Assembly: GCA_963736705.1 (NCBI GenBank)
Contig: CAVTPV010000005.1
Span: 1,455,056 to 1,519,055, forward strand
Length of the DNA stretch: 64,000 nucleotides
DNA from: an uncultured Actinomycetota bacterium
Lineage (GTDB): Bacteria; Actinomycetota; Thermoleophilia; RBG-16-64-13
Reading direction: 5' to 3'
Shown: positions 14,766 through 25,001 of the stretch, in pieces
How the letters are laid out: every line of letters starts with the position of its first letter
How positions within the stretch are numbered: the first letter of the stretch is position 1
Made by a program: the position numbers and the translations under genes
The notes under the pieces: model-generated
Told to the model about the DNA's origin: nothing
What the model saw: the letters and a program-made list of their open reading frames with translations, nothing else
Databases searched by the model: none

Positions 14766-15436
14766 CGAGCGACGAATGGGAGAAGTGGATCGCCGACCCG
14801 GCCAGCGCCCTCGTGGACGTTGCCGGAAGTGAGTCGGCGCGAAAGCCGGGCGGCGCGAAGAACGCCCGGCCCGGTCTGCGCAACTCCATCCGCATCGTGG
14901 CGGGCGCGCGCCGCAGCCGGCGCCTGCGCGTGCCCGCCGGGGACCACGGTCCGCCCGACCAGCGAGATGGTGCGGGAAGCGATCTTCGACTCTCTGGGCC
15001 CCATCACCGGGCTGACCGTCCTCGACCTGTTCGCGGGAACCGGCGCCATGGGCCTCGAGGCGCTCTCGCGCGGCGCCGAGCGGTGCGTCTTCGTCGAGCC
15101 CGACCGCAAGGTCGTGCGAGGTGCTCCGGCAGAACATCCGCGACCTCGACTACGAGGCGCAGAGCAGGGTCATCGTAGCCGACTACCATGCGGCTCTGCA
15201 GGACCTGAGCCGTTCCGGGGAGAGGTTCGATTTGCTCTTCGTCGACCCTCCCTATAAACTGCTTACTGAAGTGGAAGTAACGCTCGAGCCCTTCGTCGCC
15301 TCGCTCATGCACGATGGCGGCGTGGTGGTACTCGAGAGCGACAGGGGCTCGCATCCTACGCTCGGGGACCGTCCCGGTGTTCGATCGGGTCTATGGCGAC
15401 ACACGGGTCACCATGGTGACCTGCAAGGAGGACTGA
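14762..15436 (+). pseudogene. rsmD: 16S rRNA (guanine966-N2)-methyltransferase RsmD, about 3 frame breaks as sequenced
   Basis: IRIVAGARRSRRL, RPTSEMVREAIFDSLGP..VLDLFAGTGAMGLEALSRGA, FDLLFVDPPY, RVYGDTRVTMV are in successive frames. ATG 14762 overlaps the recG stop (ATGA). Confidence 0.75.
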
Positions 15437-15439
15437 CCG

Positions 15440-15934
15440 GTGAAGAGGGTGCTCTGTCCCGGCACGTACGACCCCGTGACCATCGGCCACCTCGACATCA
15501 TCTCGCGGTGCAGCGCCATGTTCGACGAGGTCATCGTGGCCGTCGTGGACGATTCCTACCGCAAGACCACGCTCTTCAGCGGCCGGACGAACGGGTGCAG
15601 TTCTTGCAGGAGTCCACCAAGCATCTGCCGAATGTGAAGGTCGCCATCATGAAGGGGTTGGTGGTCAAGTTCGCGCGCGAGGTGGATGCGCACGTCTTGG
15701 TCAAGGGGCTGCGGGCCCTCACGGATTTCGAGTACGAGTTCCAGATGGCCCAGCTGAACCGCAAGTTGGACCCCGACCTCGAGACGATGTACCTTATGGC
15801 GTCTCCGGAGTACTCGTTCCTCAGTTCGAGCGGGGTCAAAGAGATCGCCAAGTACGGCGGGTGTGTGAGCGACCTGGTGCCCGATAGTGGTGGCCCGGCG
15901 CTTCGCCGAAATGTATGGACGTCTGGAGGACTAA
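15440..15934 (+). pseudogene. coaD: phosphopantetheine adenylyltransferase, 2 frame breaks as sequenced (~15580, ~15885)
   Basis: [19 protein letters not shown], then VLVKGLRALTDFEYEFQMAQLNR..SSSGVKEIAKYGG. The C-terminus VARRFAEMYGRLED is restored by removing one G. Confidence 0.88.
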
Positions 15935-15937
15935 AGG

Positions 15938-16402
15938 ATGGACGTTCTCGTTCTGATCGACAAGCTGGACGATCTGGTCCATGGCGCAAGCACCTTCCCG
16001 ATGACCGACAAGGTCATGATCGATCGGGACGAGATCTACGACCTGCTCGATCAGATGCGGGCCACCATCCCCGAGGAGATCAAGCAGGCGCGCTGGATCG
16101 TCAAGGAGCGCCAGGAGATGCTGCAGGAAGCCAAGGAGGAGTCCGAGCGCATCCTGCGTGAGGCCCGCGAGGAAGCCACGCGGCTGGCCAGCGAGCAGGA
16201 AGTGGTGCGGCGCGCCCAGCGTCAGGCCGAGGACATCGTCCGCGACGCCGAAGCGCGCGAGCGGGAGATCCGTCTGGGCGCCGAGGACTACGCCGACGAG
16301 ATCCTCAAGACCCTCGAGACCAACCTGGACAAGTTCCTGGCCGCGGTGCAGCGGGGCCGCGAGCGCCTGCAGACCGGCGGCAGCCGGGAAGCTGGGCTCT
16401 GA
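15938..16402 (+). CDS. hypothetical coiled-coil protein (charged heptad-rich, ATP-synthase-b-like composition)
   Basis: Intact 154-aa ORF with high third-position GC. Conserved-looking N-terminus IDKLDDLVHGAS..PMTDKVMIDRDEIYDLLDQMRATIPEEIKQARWI, then an E/R/A-rich helix. Sits between coaD and yceD. Confidence 0.6.
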   Translation: MDVLVLIDKLDDLVHGASTFPMTDKVMIDRDEIYDLLDQMRATIPEEIKQARWIVKERQEMLQEAKEESERILREAREEATRLASEQEVVRRAQRQAEDIVRDAEAREREIRLGAEDYADEILKTLETNLDKFLAAVQRGRERLQTGGSREAGL

Positions 16403-16443
16403 GCTGCTCCGTCATCCAGTACGAACTCAGGCGGTAGCGGGCG

Positions 16444-16943
16444 ATGTTCCTCAGCCTTGCCGACCTGTCCCTCCGTGGAGGCGACCGGTACGAGCGCATC
16501 TACATGCTCGAGTTCGAGCCGGTCTCTGCTTGGGGGCGCCGAGTATCCGCGTGCTTGTGCCAGACGGCGTGCACGTCGCCGTCGACCGGATCACCGGGGG
16601 CTACCTCGTCAACGTCGACCTCGATGCCAAGGTCTACGGGCCGTGCGCCCGTTGTCTGGGAGAGGCCGTTCTCGAGGTTCACGCCGAACAGCAGGAGTTC
16701 GCTCCCACGGCCAAGGACGGCTGGGAGGAGACCGAGACCAGCGAGTTCATCGAGGCCCTCGTGGTGGATGTGGACGGACTGGCGCGGGAGGCGCTGGTGC
16801 TGAGTCTGCCGGCCCAGGTGGTGTGCGACGAGGACTGCAAGGGACTGTGCGCGGTCTGCGGCAAAGACCTCAACAAAGGCGTCCTGCGGATGCGCCGCCG
16901 AGCAGATCGACGAGCGATGGAGCCGGCTAAGGACCTCGCCTGA
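16444..16943 (+). pseudogene. yceD: DUF177 (YceD) family protein, at least 2 frame breaks as sequenced
   Basis: GPCARCLGEAV..LVLSLPAQVVCDEDCKGLCAVCGKDLN matches the DUF177 CxxC...CxxC pattern. The N-terminus is in other frames and the C-terminal DERWSRL is visible off-frame. It precedes rpmF as usual. Confidence 0.8.
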
Positions 16944-17050
16944 GAGGAGGCTCCTGAAGCTCGAGCTGAGGGCTCGCCTCTTGAAATATCGCCGTCGATG
17001 GGGTACAAACACTCGGTTTCCCCGACGGAATTGAAGTGAGTGAGGAACTA

Positions 17051-17230
17051 ATGGCTGTCCCCAAGAGAAAGACTTCCAAGGCTCGCCGCGACGCACGGCG
17101 GTCCACCCATGCGGGCGTGGCTCCGAGCGTGAGCGAATGCCCTCAGTGCCACAGCCCCAAGCTGTCCCATCGCGTGTGCCCGAACTGCGGCATGTACAAC
17201 GGCCGGCAGGTCGTGAAGGTCGAGGAATAG
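17051..17230 (+). CDS. rpmF: 50S ribosomal protein L32
   Basis: [17 protein letters not shown]...[25 protein letters not shown] is canonical L32. An upstream in-frame ATG at 17036 is less likely. Confidence 0.92.
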   Translation: MAVPKRKTSKARRDARRSTHAGVAPSVSECPQCHSPKLSHRVCPNCGMYNGRQVVKVEE

Positions 17231-17243
17231 GCTTCCCGGCCCC

Positions 17244-17489
17244 ATGCAGATCGTAGTGCAAGAAGGCGAAGCGTCCGTGAGCCTGACTATGACGATCCAG
17301 GCTCCGGATGACAGCCTGCGCACCAACTCGCTGAACGTCGTCACCGGCCCGGTCAAGGTGTTCTACCGTGACTTCGAGGTGATCCGGGTCGAGGCGCGCG
17401 AGGGGGCGTTGGAGCTCACTCCGGCGGTCGTCGCCTCCATCAGCTGGCTTCGCAAAGATCGCCGCTATCAGCTGAAACTCGGCGACTAG
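17244..17489 (+). CDS. hypothetical 81-aa protein, no family recognised
   Basis: ORF with genome-typical GC-rich third positions, 14 nt after rpmF. No motif I can assign. Confidence 0.45.
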   Translation: MQIVVQEGEASVSLTMTIQAPDDSLRTNSLNVVTGPVKVFYRDFEVIRVEAREGALELTPAVVASISWLRKDRRYQLKLGD

Positions 17490-17549
17490 TGCGCTTCCGG
17501 TGCGCTGTCGCTCGATTCTTTTCGACCTAGTCATACGCGAGGAGGATCC

Positions 17550-19643
17550 ATGGCGCTGCTAGACCCTGCCAAGATCAGGAACATCTCGGTGGTGGGACAC
17601 CGCGGTGCGGGCAAGACCTCGCTGGTGGAAGCTCTGCTGTTCACCACCGGGGCCAAGAACCGTCTGGGCAGCGGTCATGGACGGCACCACCGCCATGGAC
17701 CACGACGAGGACGAGATCAAGCGGCAGATGACCATCTCGGCCGGGCTCGCTCACGTGGATTGGGCCGGTACGCCGCATCAACCTCGTGGACACTCCCGGG
17801 GAAGCCTCGTTCATCAACGAGGCCATGGGCACGCTGCCCGTGGTCGAGGGCGTCCTCATGCTGGTCAACGCCATCTCCAAGGTGGAAGTGCAGACCGAGC
17901 GCATCTGGAAGCGCGCCCGCGATCTGGGCGTCTCCCGCGTGGCGGCCGTCAACATGATGGACCGCGAGCGCGCCGACTTCGGCGACGCCGTCAACGCCCT
18001 CAAGGCCCGTTTCGGGGACGAAGTGGTGGCCGTCGCGCTGCCCATCGGCTACGAGTCCGGCTTCAAGGGCATCGTCGACCTGGTGGCCATGAAGGCCTAC
18101 ACGTATTCGGGCACCACCGGCAAGGGCGCTGAAGGCCCTATCCCCGACGACATGGCCGACGCCGTGGCCGAGGCCCGCGAGAAGCTCGTGGACCGGGTCG
18201 CCGAAGCCGACGACGCCCTGCTCGAGAAGTACCTGGAAGGTGGCGAGCTCAGCGACCAGGAAGTCATCGACGCTCTCAAGAGCGCTGTCGCCGCCGGTTC
18301 TCGTTGCTCCGGTCGTTCCCGATGAGCGCCACCAAGAACATCGGGACCGACCGGCTCATGCAGCTGCTGCTCACCGTCCCCTCGCCGGCTGCGCGCGGCG
18401 CCGTCAAGGCCTTCAAGGTGCCCGGCGGCGAAGAAGTCGACCGTGGAATGCCAGACTACTCGGCGCCCACCAGCTCTCTTCGTCTTCAAGACCATCTACG
18501 ACCAGTTCTCGGGCCGCGTGAACCTCGCCCGCATCTTCTCCGGCAAGATCGCCACGGACACCCAGTTCCTCAACGATCGCACGGGGGAGAAGGAGCGCAC
18601 CGGCAACATCCTGCTCATGCAGGGCAAAGAGACCAAGGCCATCGAAGAGGCCGGCGCCGGCGACATCGTCGCTCTGGCGAAGCTCAAAGAGACCGGCACG
18701 GGCGACACTCTGTCCGACGCCGGCCCATCCCGTCCGCTTCGCGCGCTACGAATTCCCGCCGGCGGCCATCTCCTTCGCCCTCTCGCCCAAGAACCGCGGC
18801 GAGGAAGAGAAGGTCTCCAACGGGCTGCGCCGCCTGGGCGAGGAAGACCCGGCCATGGAGCTGCGCTTCGACCCGCAGACCAAGGAGATGCTCATCTCCG
18901 GCACCAGCCAGGTGCACGTGGAGGTCATCCTCGACAAGCTCAAGCGCCGGTTCGGCGTGGAAGTGGTGCTGCATCCGCCGCAGGTGCCGTACCGGGAGAC
19001 CATCCGCAAGAAGGCTACCGCGCAGGGCCGGCACAAGAAGCAGACCGGCGGCCGCGGCCAGTTCGGCGACTGCTGGATCGAAGTCGAACCGCTGCCGCGG
19101 GGCGAGGGCTACAAGTTCGAAGACGCCATCTTCGGCGGGTCCATCCCACGCAACTTCATCCCGGCCGTGGAGAAGGGCGTCGTGGAGGCCATGGAGCACG
19201 GCGTCATCGCGGGCTATCCCGTGGTGGACGTCAAGGTCAAACTGTTCGACGGTTCCTACCACAACGTCGACTCGTCAGAACTCGCGTTCAAGCTGGCCGG
19301 CGGTCTCGCCTGGAACAAGGCCATGGAGAGCGCGGCGCCGGTGCTGCTCGAGCCCATCATGAACGTGGAGGTCATCGCGCCCGAAGAGAACATGGGCGAC
19401 ATCATGGGCGACCTCTCCAGCCGCCGCGGCCGCCCGCAGGGCAGCGAGAACATGGGGGAGATGGACGCCATCCGCGCCCAGGTGCCGCTGGCGGAGATGC
19501 TCACCTACGCGCCGCAGCTCCGCTCGATGACCGCGGGGCGCGGTTCGTTCACCATCGAGTTCGACCACTACGACGAGGTGCCCGCGCAGCTCGTGGAGAA
19601 GATCGTGGCTGAGGTCAAGGCGCGCAAGGCGGCCGCCGACTGA
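17550..19643 (+). pseudogene. elongation factor G paralog (EF-G2/FusA2-like), about 6 frame breaks as sequenced
   Basis: IRNISVVGHRGAGKTSLVEALL, NLVDTPGEASF, NMMDRERADF, SATKNIGTDRLM, FVFKTIYDQFSGRVNLARIFSG, then an intact C-terminal 262 aa (HKKQTGGRGQFGD..GYPVVD..GSYHNVDSSE..MGDLSSRRG). Confidence 0.85.
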
Positions 19644-19706
19644 CGGTCTCGCTGCGAGAAGCCGGTCGCGCCTTCGGGCGGCGGCCGGACTGATGCCGGA
19701 TGTGAT

Positions 19707-19735
19707 AAGGGCGGTCCTTCGGGGCCGCCCTTTCT
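19707..19735. terminator. bidirectional intrinsic terminator between convergent genes
   Basis: GGGCGGTCC-TTCG-GGGCCGCCC hairpin (19709-19730) flanked by AA on the left and TTTCT on the right. Confidence 0.6.
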
Positions 19736-19769
19736 ATTGCCTGCGAGCGCGTCTCCGCCACAGCTGTGT

Positions 19770-20261
19770 TCAGGCGCAGCCGCTGTCCAGGGTGATCGAC
19801 AGGCGCTCCTCGAACTTGCGGGAGCGCACGCCCGCCATCTTCAGGATGCGGCGGGAGGCTTCATCAGTCTCACTGTCCCTGTGTTTGTCGGAGAGATAGA
19901 CGACCTCCGAGATCCCCGACTGCACGATGGCTTTGGCGCATTCATTGCAGGGGTGCAGGGTGGTGTAGAGGGTGCACCCACAGAGATCGGCGTTGTTGCG
20001 ATTGAGGATGGCGTTGAGCTCGGCGTGGCAGACGTAGGGGTACTTGGTCTCAAGGAACGCTCCCTCGCGTGCCCAGGGGAGCTCGTCGTCAGAGATGCCG
20101 GTGGGGAAGCCGCTGTATCCGATGGCTACGATCCTGCGGCGTCCATCGACGATGCACGCGCCTACTTGGGTGTTGGGGTCCTTACTGCGCTCAGCCGAGA
20201 GCAGGGCGACTCCCATGAAGTACTGCTCCCAGGAAAGGTAGCCGGACCGTTTACCCACCAT
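19770..20261 (-). CDS. dCMP deaminase (ComEB-type cytidine/deoxycytidylate deaminase)
   Basis: [43 protein letters not shown] (HAE...PCxxC zinc motifs). ATG 20261 is preceded by GGAGGG. Confidence 0.88.
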   Translation of the reverse strand: MVGKRSGYLSWEQYFMGVALLSAERSKDPNTQVGACIVDGRRRIVAIGYSGFPTGISDDELPWAREGAFLETKYPYVCHAELNAILNRNNADLCGCTLYTTLHPCNECAKAIVQSGISEVVYLSDKHRDSETDEASRRILKMAGVRSRKFEERLSITLDSGCA

Positions 20262-20366
20262 GATCCCTCCACCGGACGGGACGCGACGCCTATCGGCCTC
20301 ATCGTACGCGGTTAAAGCGATCCGATGCAACGCCCGATGAAAAGGCAGGATGTGTGCAACACCTGT

Positions 20367-20374
20367 TGTATAAT
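20367..20374 (+). promoter_or_regulatory. -10 box TATAAT 7 nt upstream of the RpiR start codon (probable leaderless transcript)
   Basis: TTGTATAAT at 20366-20374. The ATG at 20382 has no SD, and the spacing puts the predicted TSS at or next to the start codon. Confidence 0.4.
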
Positions 20375-20381
20375 TCTAAGC

Positions 20382-21278
20382 ATGCAACTCTCCGGCACGT
20401 ATGGAGTGGAGTTGGACGACGCGAAGCCACGGCGAGTGAGCGATCTGCTGAGGGACGGGTTTGACGGCTTTTCCCGCTCGCAGAAGGCGATAGCTCGCTA
20501 CATCATCGACCATCTCGAGGAGGTCGGGTACCTCAGCGCCGAGGAATTGGGGCGCAAGGGTTCCACCTCGAGTTCCACGGTGGTGCGCTTCGCGCAGTCC
20601 CTCGGCTTCGCAGGCTATCCCGAGCTCCAGACGAGCGGCGCGCGACGAGTACCGTCTCGGCGCGACGGCGCGGCCGGTCGTCCACGACGACCAACTCGGC
20701 TTCTCCATCGAGGAGGACGTTCTCACCCGGTCGCTCAAGACCGACGCCCTGAGTCTGGAAGAGACCATCAGCAAGAACACGCTGGAGCGCTTCAACCGGG
20801 CCGCCCACCTCCTGGCCGACGCCAGGCAGGTGCTCGTGGTGGGCATGCACGAGGCGTCGGTCGTGGCGCAGCACGCGTCGTACGTGTTCGAGCTCCTGGG
20901 GATCCCCTGCCTCGCCGTCACCGACAGCACCGAATCGAACGTGGCCCGTCTCAGCCGGCTCACGCAAGGGCGACCTGCTGCTGGCCATCGGCTTCCGCAG
21001 GGCCCACTCGGTCACCATCTCGTTCGCCGACAAGGCGGAGGAGCAGGGGGCCACGGTCGTGGTGATCACCGACAACTCGCTGTCCGAACTCGCGGACAAG
21101 GGCGACCTCACCCTGTACGCCGACATCGACTCCACCTTCTTCGCCCACTCGCTCGTGGGGCCCATCAGCCTGGTGAGCGCGCTGGCCGCGGCCATCTACA
21201 GCCACGGACCGGGATCTTTACGACGCCCGGGTGCGGGCCGTGCGCGACCGCGCTGCCGAATCCGGCTGGCTGCGCTAG
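20382..21278 (+). pseudogene. RpiR/MurR family transcriptional regulator (HTH plus SIS domain), 3 frame breaks as sequenced
   Basis: FSRSQKAIARYIIDHLEEVGYLSAEELGRKGSTSSSTVVRFAQSLGFAGY (HTH_6). SIS part VLVVGMHEASVVAQHASY.., DLLLAIGFRRAHS, VVVITDNSLSELA in other frames. Confidence 0.8.
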
Positions 21279-21415
21279 TATCGGGGGCCGCATCCGGCTC
21301 CGGCGCGGTCGCCGGAGGCGGGTACTGTCGTTGAAGGCGCCGAGGGCCTTGGGTAAACTCTTCGAAGAACGAACGTAGCGACAACGAGCGCGGGCTCGAG
21401 CGGAGGTCTATCACA

Positions 21416-22168
21416 ATGTCGGGGCATTCCAAGTGGGCGGGCATCAAGCACAAGAAAGCGCTTGTCGATGCCAAGCGGGGCAAGGTCTTCGGTAAGCTGG
21501 GGCGGGCCATCACGGTCGCTGCGCGCGAAGGCGGGGGCGATCCCGACCATAACGCCACTTTGGCCACGGCCATCCAGAAGGCCAAAGACGCCAACATGCC
21601 TCACGACAACATCGATCGCGCCGTCAAGAAGGGCGCCGGCGCCGGCACCGACGGCGAGACCTATCTGCACCTCACGTACGAGGGCTACGGCCCGGCCGGC
21701 GTGGCCGTCTACCTCACGGCCCTCACCGACAACAAGAACCGGACCGCGGCCGACGTGCGCTACGCCTTCGATCGCAGCGGCGGCAAGCTCGGCACCGACG
21801 GCTCGGTGAGCTGGATGTTCGAGCGCAAGGGCGTCATCTTCGTCGACGCTGCCGGCAAGGACGAGGACGAACTGATGATGACCGCTATCGAAGCGGGCGC
21901 GGAAGACGTCATCCCCGACGGCGACATGTTCGAGATCCGCTGCGATCCCGCCGATTTCATGGCCGTCCGCGAGGGCCTGGAGGCCGCGGGCATCAAGTTC
22001 TCCTCGCCGGAGCTCACCATGATCCCCAAGAACACCGTGGCCCTGGACGAATCGGACGCGAAGAAGACGTTCAGGCTCATCGACGCCTTGGAGGACCTCG
22101 ACGACGTCCAGGATGTCTACGCCAACTTCGACATCTCCGACGAAGTCATGGAAGCCCTGGAAGGGTAA
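21416..22168 (+). CDS. yebC: YebC/PmpR family DNA-binding regulator
   Basis: Intact 250 aa: MSGHSKWAGIKHKKALVDAKRGKVFGKL..AIQKAKDANMPHDNIDRAVKKG. Confidence 0.95.
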   Translation: MSGHSKWAGIKHKKALVDAKRGKVFGKLGRAITVAAREGGGDPDHNATLATAIQKAKDANMPHDNIDRAVKKGAGAGTDGETYLHLTYEGYGPAGVAVYLTALTDNKNRTAADVRYAFDRSGGKLGTDGSVSWMFERKGVIFVDAAGKDEDELMMTAIEAGAEDVIPDGDMFEIRCDPADFMAVREGLEAAGIKFSSPELTMIPKNTVALDESDAKKTFRLIDALEDLDDVQDVYANFDISDEVMEALEG

Positions 22169-22191
22169 GGCCGGAGGGTGGCGCTGACAGC

Positions 22192-22737
22192 ATGAGGGAG
22201 CAGGCCGGCCGAGTGATCCTTGGCCTCGACCCCGGGACTGCGTCCACAGGGTTCGGAGTCATATCGGTCGTCGGCAATCGCCTGCAGGCGCTGGATTTCG
22301 GCGTGATGTCGACTCCGGCCGGGATGCCTCTCGAGAAGCGACTCGAACTCATCTTCGGCGATATGACCGAGTTGCTCGCCAAGCACCAGCCGACCGCTAC
22401 CGCGGTGGAATCGCTCTTCTTCAACGCCAACGTGCGCACTGCGCTGGCCGTGGGCCAGGCGCGCGGCGTGACCTTGCTGGCCTGTGCCCGGTCGGGGTGT
22501 GAGGTGTACGAATACACTCCTCAGCAGATCAAGCAGGCCGTGGTGGGCTACGGCAAGGCCACCAAGGAACAGGTGATGCAGATGGTGCGGGTGCTGCTGG
22601 GCCTCGCCGCCGCGCCGAAGTCGGACCATGCGGCGGACGCGCTGGGTGTCGCCATCTGCCACGCCAATACGTGCGGCGTGCGGGACGGCATCCGCAAGGC
22701 CGGCGACGCCGCCATGGCGCGCGGGAGCCTGGGGTGA
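22192..22737 (+). CDS. ruvC: crossover junction endodeoxyribonuclease RuvC
   Basis: VILGLDPGTASTGFGV..AVESLFFNANVRTAL..QIKQAVVGYGKATKEQV..DHAADALGVAICHA. Confidence 0.93.
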   Translation: MREQAGRVILGLDPGTASTGFGVISVVGNRLQALDFGVMSTPAGMPLEKRLELIFGDMTELLAKHQPTATAVESLFFNANVRTALAVGQARGVTLLACARSGCEVYEYTPQQIKQAVVGYGKATKEQVMQMVRVLLGLAAAPKSDHAADALGVAICHANTCGVRDGIRKAGDAAMARGSLG

Positions 22738-22744
22738 TGCGGCC

Positions 22745-23332
22745 ATGATCGAGCGGCTGACAGGCACTCTCGCGGCGGTGACGGGTGAAGCCGTGGTCGT
22801 GGACGTGGGGGGCGTGGGCTTCCTGGTGGACGTATCGGGCATCACCTACCGCGATCTGCCGGCCGTGGGCGCGCCGTTGGTGCTGCTGACCCACCTGCAG
22901 GTGCGCGAGGACGCCCTGCAGCTCTACGGGTTCTCCACCGAGGAGGAGCGGGAGCTGTTCCGGCTGTTCATCGGGGTGAGCAAGATCGGGCCCAAGCTGG
23001 CTCTCGCGGCGCTGTCGTCCCGCAGGCCGGTGGCTCTGAAGCAGGCTCTGGCCACGGGTGATGTGGCCGCATTCTCGGCGGTCCCCGGCATCGGCAAGAA
23101 GACGGCGGAGCGGTTGATCCTGGAGCTCAAAGACAAAGTGGGCGACCTCACCGGCACGGCGGGAGCCGGCGTGAGCGGTGGCGGCTATGACGACGACGGT
23201 CCGCTGACGGTGGCCCGCGCGGCGCTGCTGGAACTCGGCTTCGCGTCCGCCGAAGCGGATAAGCTACTCGCCAAGGCGGACCCGACCCAGCCGGTGGAAG
23301 CCATCATCAAGCGGGCGCTGGCCGGCAGATAG
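22745..23332 (+). CDS. ruvA: Holliday junction DNA helicase RuvA
   Basis: MIERLTGTL..VVVDVGGVGFLV..LQLYGFSTEEERELFRLFIGVSKIGPKLALA..VPGIGKKTAERLILELK. Confidence 0.93.
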   Translation: MIERLTGTLAAVTGEAVVVDVGGVGFLVDVSGITYRDLPAVGAPLVLLTHLQVREDALQLYGFSTEEERELFRLFIGVSKIGPKLALAALSSRRPVALKQALATGDVAAFSAVPGIGKKTAERLILELKDKVGDLTGTAGAGVSGGGYDDDGPLTVARAALLELGFASAEADKLLAKADPTQPVEAIIKRALAGR

Positions 23333-23351
23333 AGCAACGGGGTAAGAAGCA

Positions 23352-24396
23352 GTGACCACAGAACACGAGAGACTCGCTGATCCCGAGGAGGCTCCACTCG
23401 ACCAGGAGCTGGAGAAGTCGCTGCGTCCGCGCTCGCTGGGGGCGTTCGTGGGGCAACCGATGCTGCGGGAGCAGTTGGGCATCTTCATCGAGGCCGCGAA
23501 GTCGCGCGGCGAGCCTCTGGATCACGTGCTTCTGGCCGGGCCTCCTGGGCTGGGCAAGACCACCCTGGCCAACATCATCGCCGTGGAGATGGGGGTCAAC
23601 ATCTCCACCACGTCCGGGCCGGCGCTGGAGCGCAAGGCCGACATGGCGTCCATCCTCACGCAGTTGCAGGAGGGCGACGTCCTCTTCATCGACGAGATCC
23701 ACCGCCTCAACCGGGCCATCGAGGAGATCCTCTACCCGGCCATGGAGGACTTCGAGATCGACATCGTCCTGGGACAGGGGCCCGGCGCCCGCAGCATCCG
23801 GCTGCCGCTGCCCCATTTCACCCTCATCGGGGCCACGACCCGGTCGGGGCTCATCACCACGCCGCTGCGCGACCGCTTCGGGTTCTCGCATCGGCTGGAT
23901 TACTACTCCATGGACGACCTGGCGCTCATCGTCACCCGCTCCGCCGACATCCTGGATGTGAAGATCGACGAAGAGGGCTCCCGCCAGCTCGCGCTCGCGC
24001 TCCCGCGGCACGCCGCGGATCGCCAACCGCCTTCTTCGCCGGGTGCGCGACTACGCCCAGGTGCGCCACGAGGGCGACATCACCGGGGACATCGCCCTGG
24101 CGGCGCTGCGCCTCTTCGAGGTGGACGACGAGGGCCTCGACCGGGTCGACCGCGAGATCCTCAACCTCATCCTCCACAAGTTCGACGGCGGCCCGGTGGG
24201 GCTGTCCACCCTGGCGGTGGCCATCGGCGAGGAGGCCGACACCATCGAGGACGTCTACGAGCCCTTCCTGCTGCAGCGGGGGTTCCTCATGCGCACGCCC
24301 CGAGGCCGGGTGCTCACCCGCCTGGGATACGAGCACTGCGGGGTCACCCCGCCGTCCGCGGCCCACGAGGCGCGGCCGGGCACACTGTTCGGGTAG
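23352..24396 (+). pseudogene. ruvB: Holliday junction DNA helicase RuvB, one frame break as sequenced (~23995)
   Basis: [34 protein letters not shown], then [32 protein letters not shown] in the frame of ORF 24043..24396. The 549-aa track ORF is an artificial RuvB-QueH fusion. Confidence 0.92.
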
Positions 24397-24419
24397 CGGC
24401 GAAGGCCGCGGTCACGTCT

Positions 24420-25001
24420 ATGAGGCTCCTCCTCCATACCTGTTGCGGTCCGTGCGCCAGCGCCACCATCCCCCTGTGGACCGGGCGGGGTGTGGAGGTC
24501 ACCGGGTTCTTCTTCAACCCGAACATCCACCCGCTGCTGGAATGGCGCCGGCGGCTCACCGGCGCCGAGGAAGTCGCCGCGCAGACCGGTGTCGAGATGC
24601 TCGTGGACCCGCGGTACGACCCCGCGGCCTGGTTCGCGGCCGTCGCGCCCGAGGGCGTCGGCGACGAGGTGGGCACGGCAGACCGGTCTCACCCCGCGCG
24701 TTGCCGCAGGTGCATCGGGCAGCGCCTCGCGCGCGCGGCCCAGGAAGCGGCCGCGCGTGGCTGCGACGCCTTCTCCACGAGCTTGTCCATCAGCCCCTAC
24801 CAGGACCACGACGCCATCCGGGAGACCGGTCTGGAGGCAGCCGCCCTCCACGATGTGGAGTTCCTGTACGAGGATCTGCGACCGCTCTACGGTGAATCCC
24901 GCCGTCTTTCCCGGGAGTGGGGCGTATACAGGCAGAAGTACTGCGGCTGCCTGATATCTGAATGGGAGCGCTACCGCGGCTCCTCCACCGGGGGCCGGTG
25001 A
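24420..25001 (+). CDS. queH: epoxyqueuosine reductase QueH (DUF208)
   Basis: [53 protein letters not shown], the Cys pattern of the DUF208/QueH family. The stop overlaps the queA GTG. Confidence 0.8.
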   Translation: MRLLLHTCCGPCASATIPLWTGRGVEVTGFFFNPNIHPLLEWRRRLTGAEEVAAQTGVEMLVDPRYDPAAWFAAVAPEGVGDEVGTADRSHPARCRRCIGQRLARAAQEAAARGCDAFSTSLSISPYQDHDAIRETGLEAAALHDVEFLYEDLRPLYGESRRLSREWGVYRQKYCGCLISEWERYRGSSTGGR

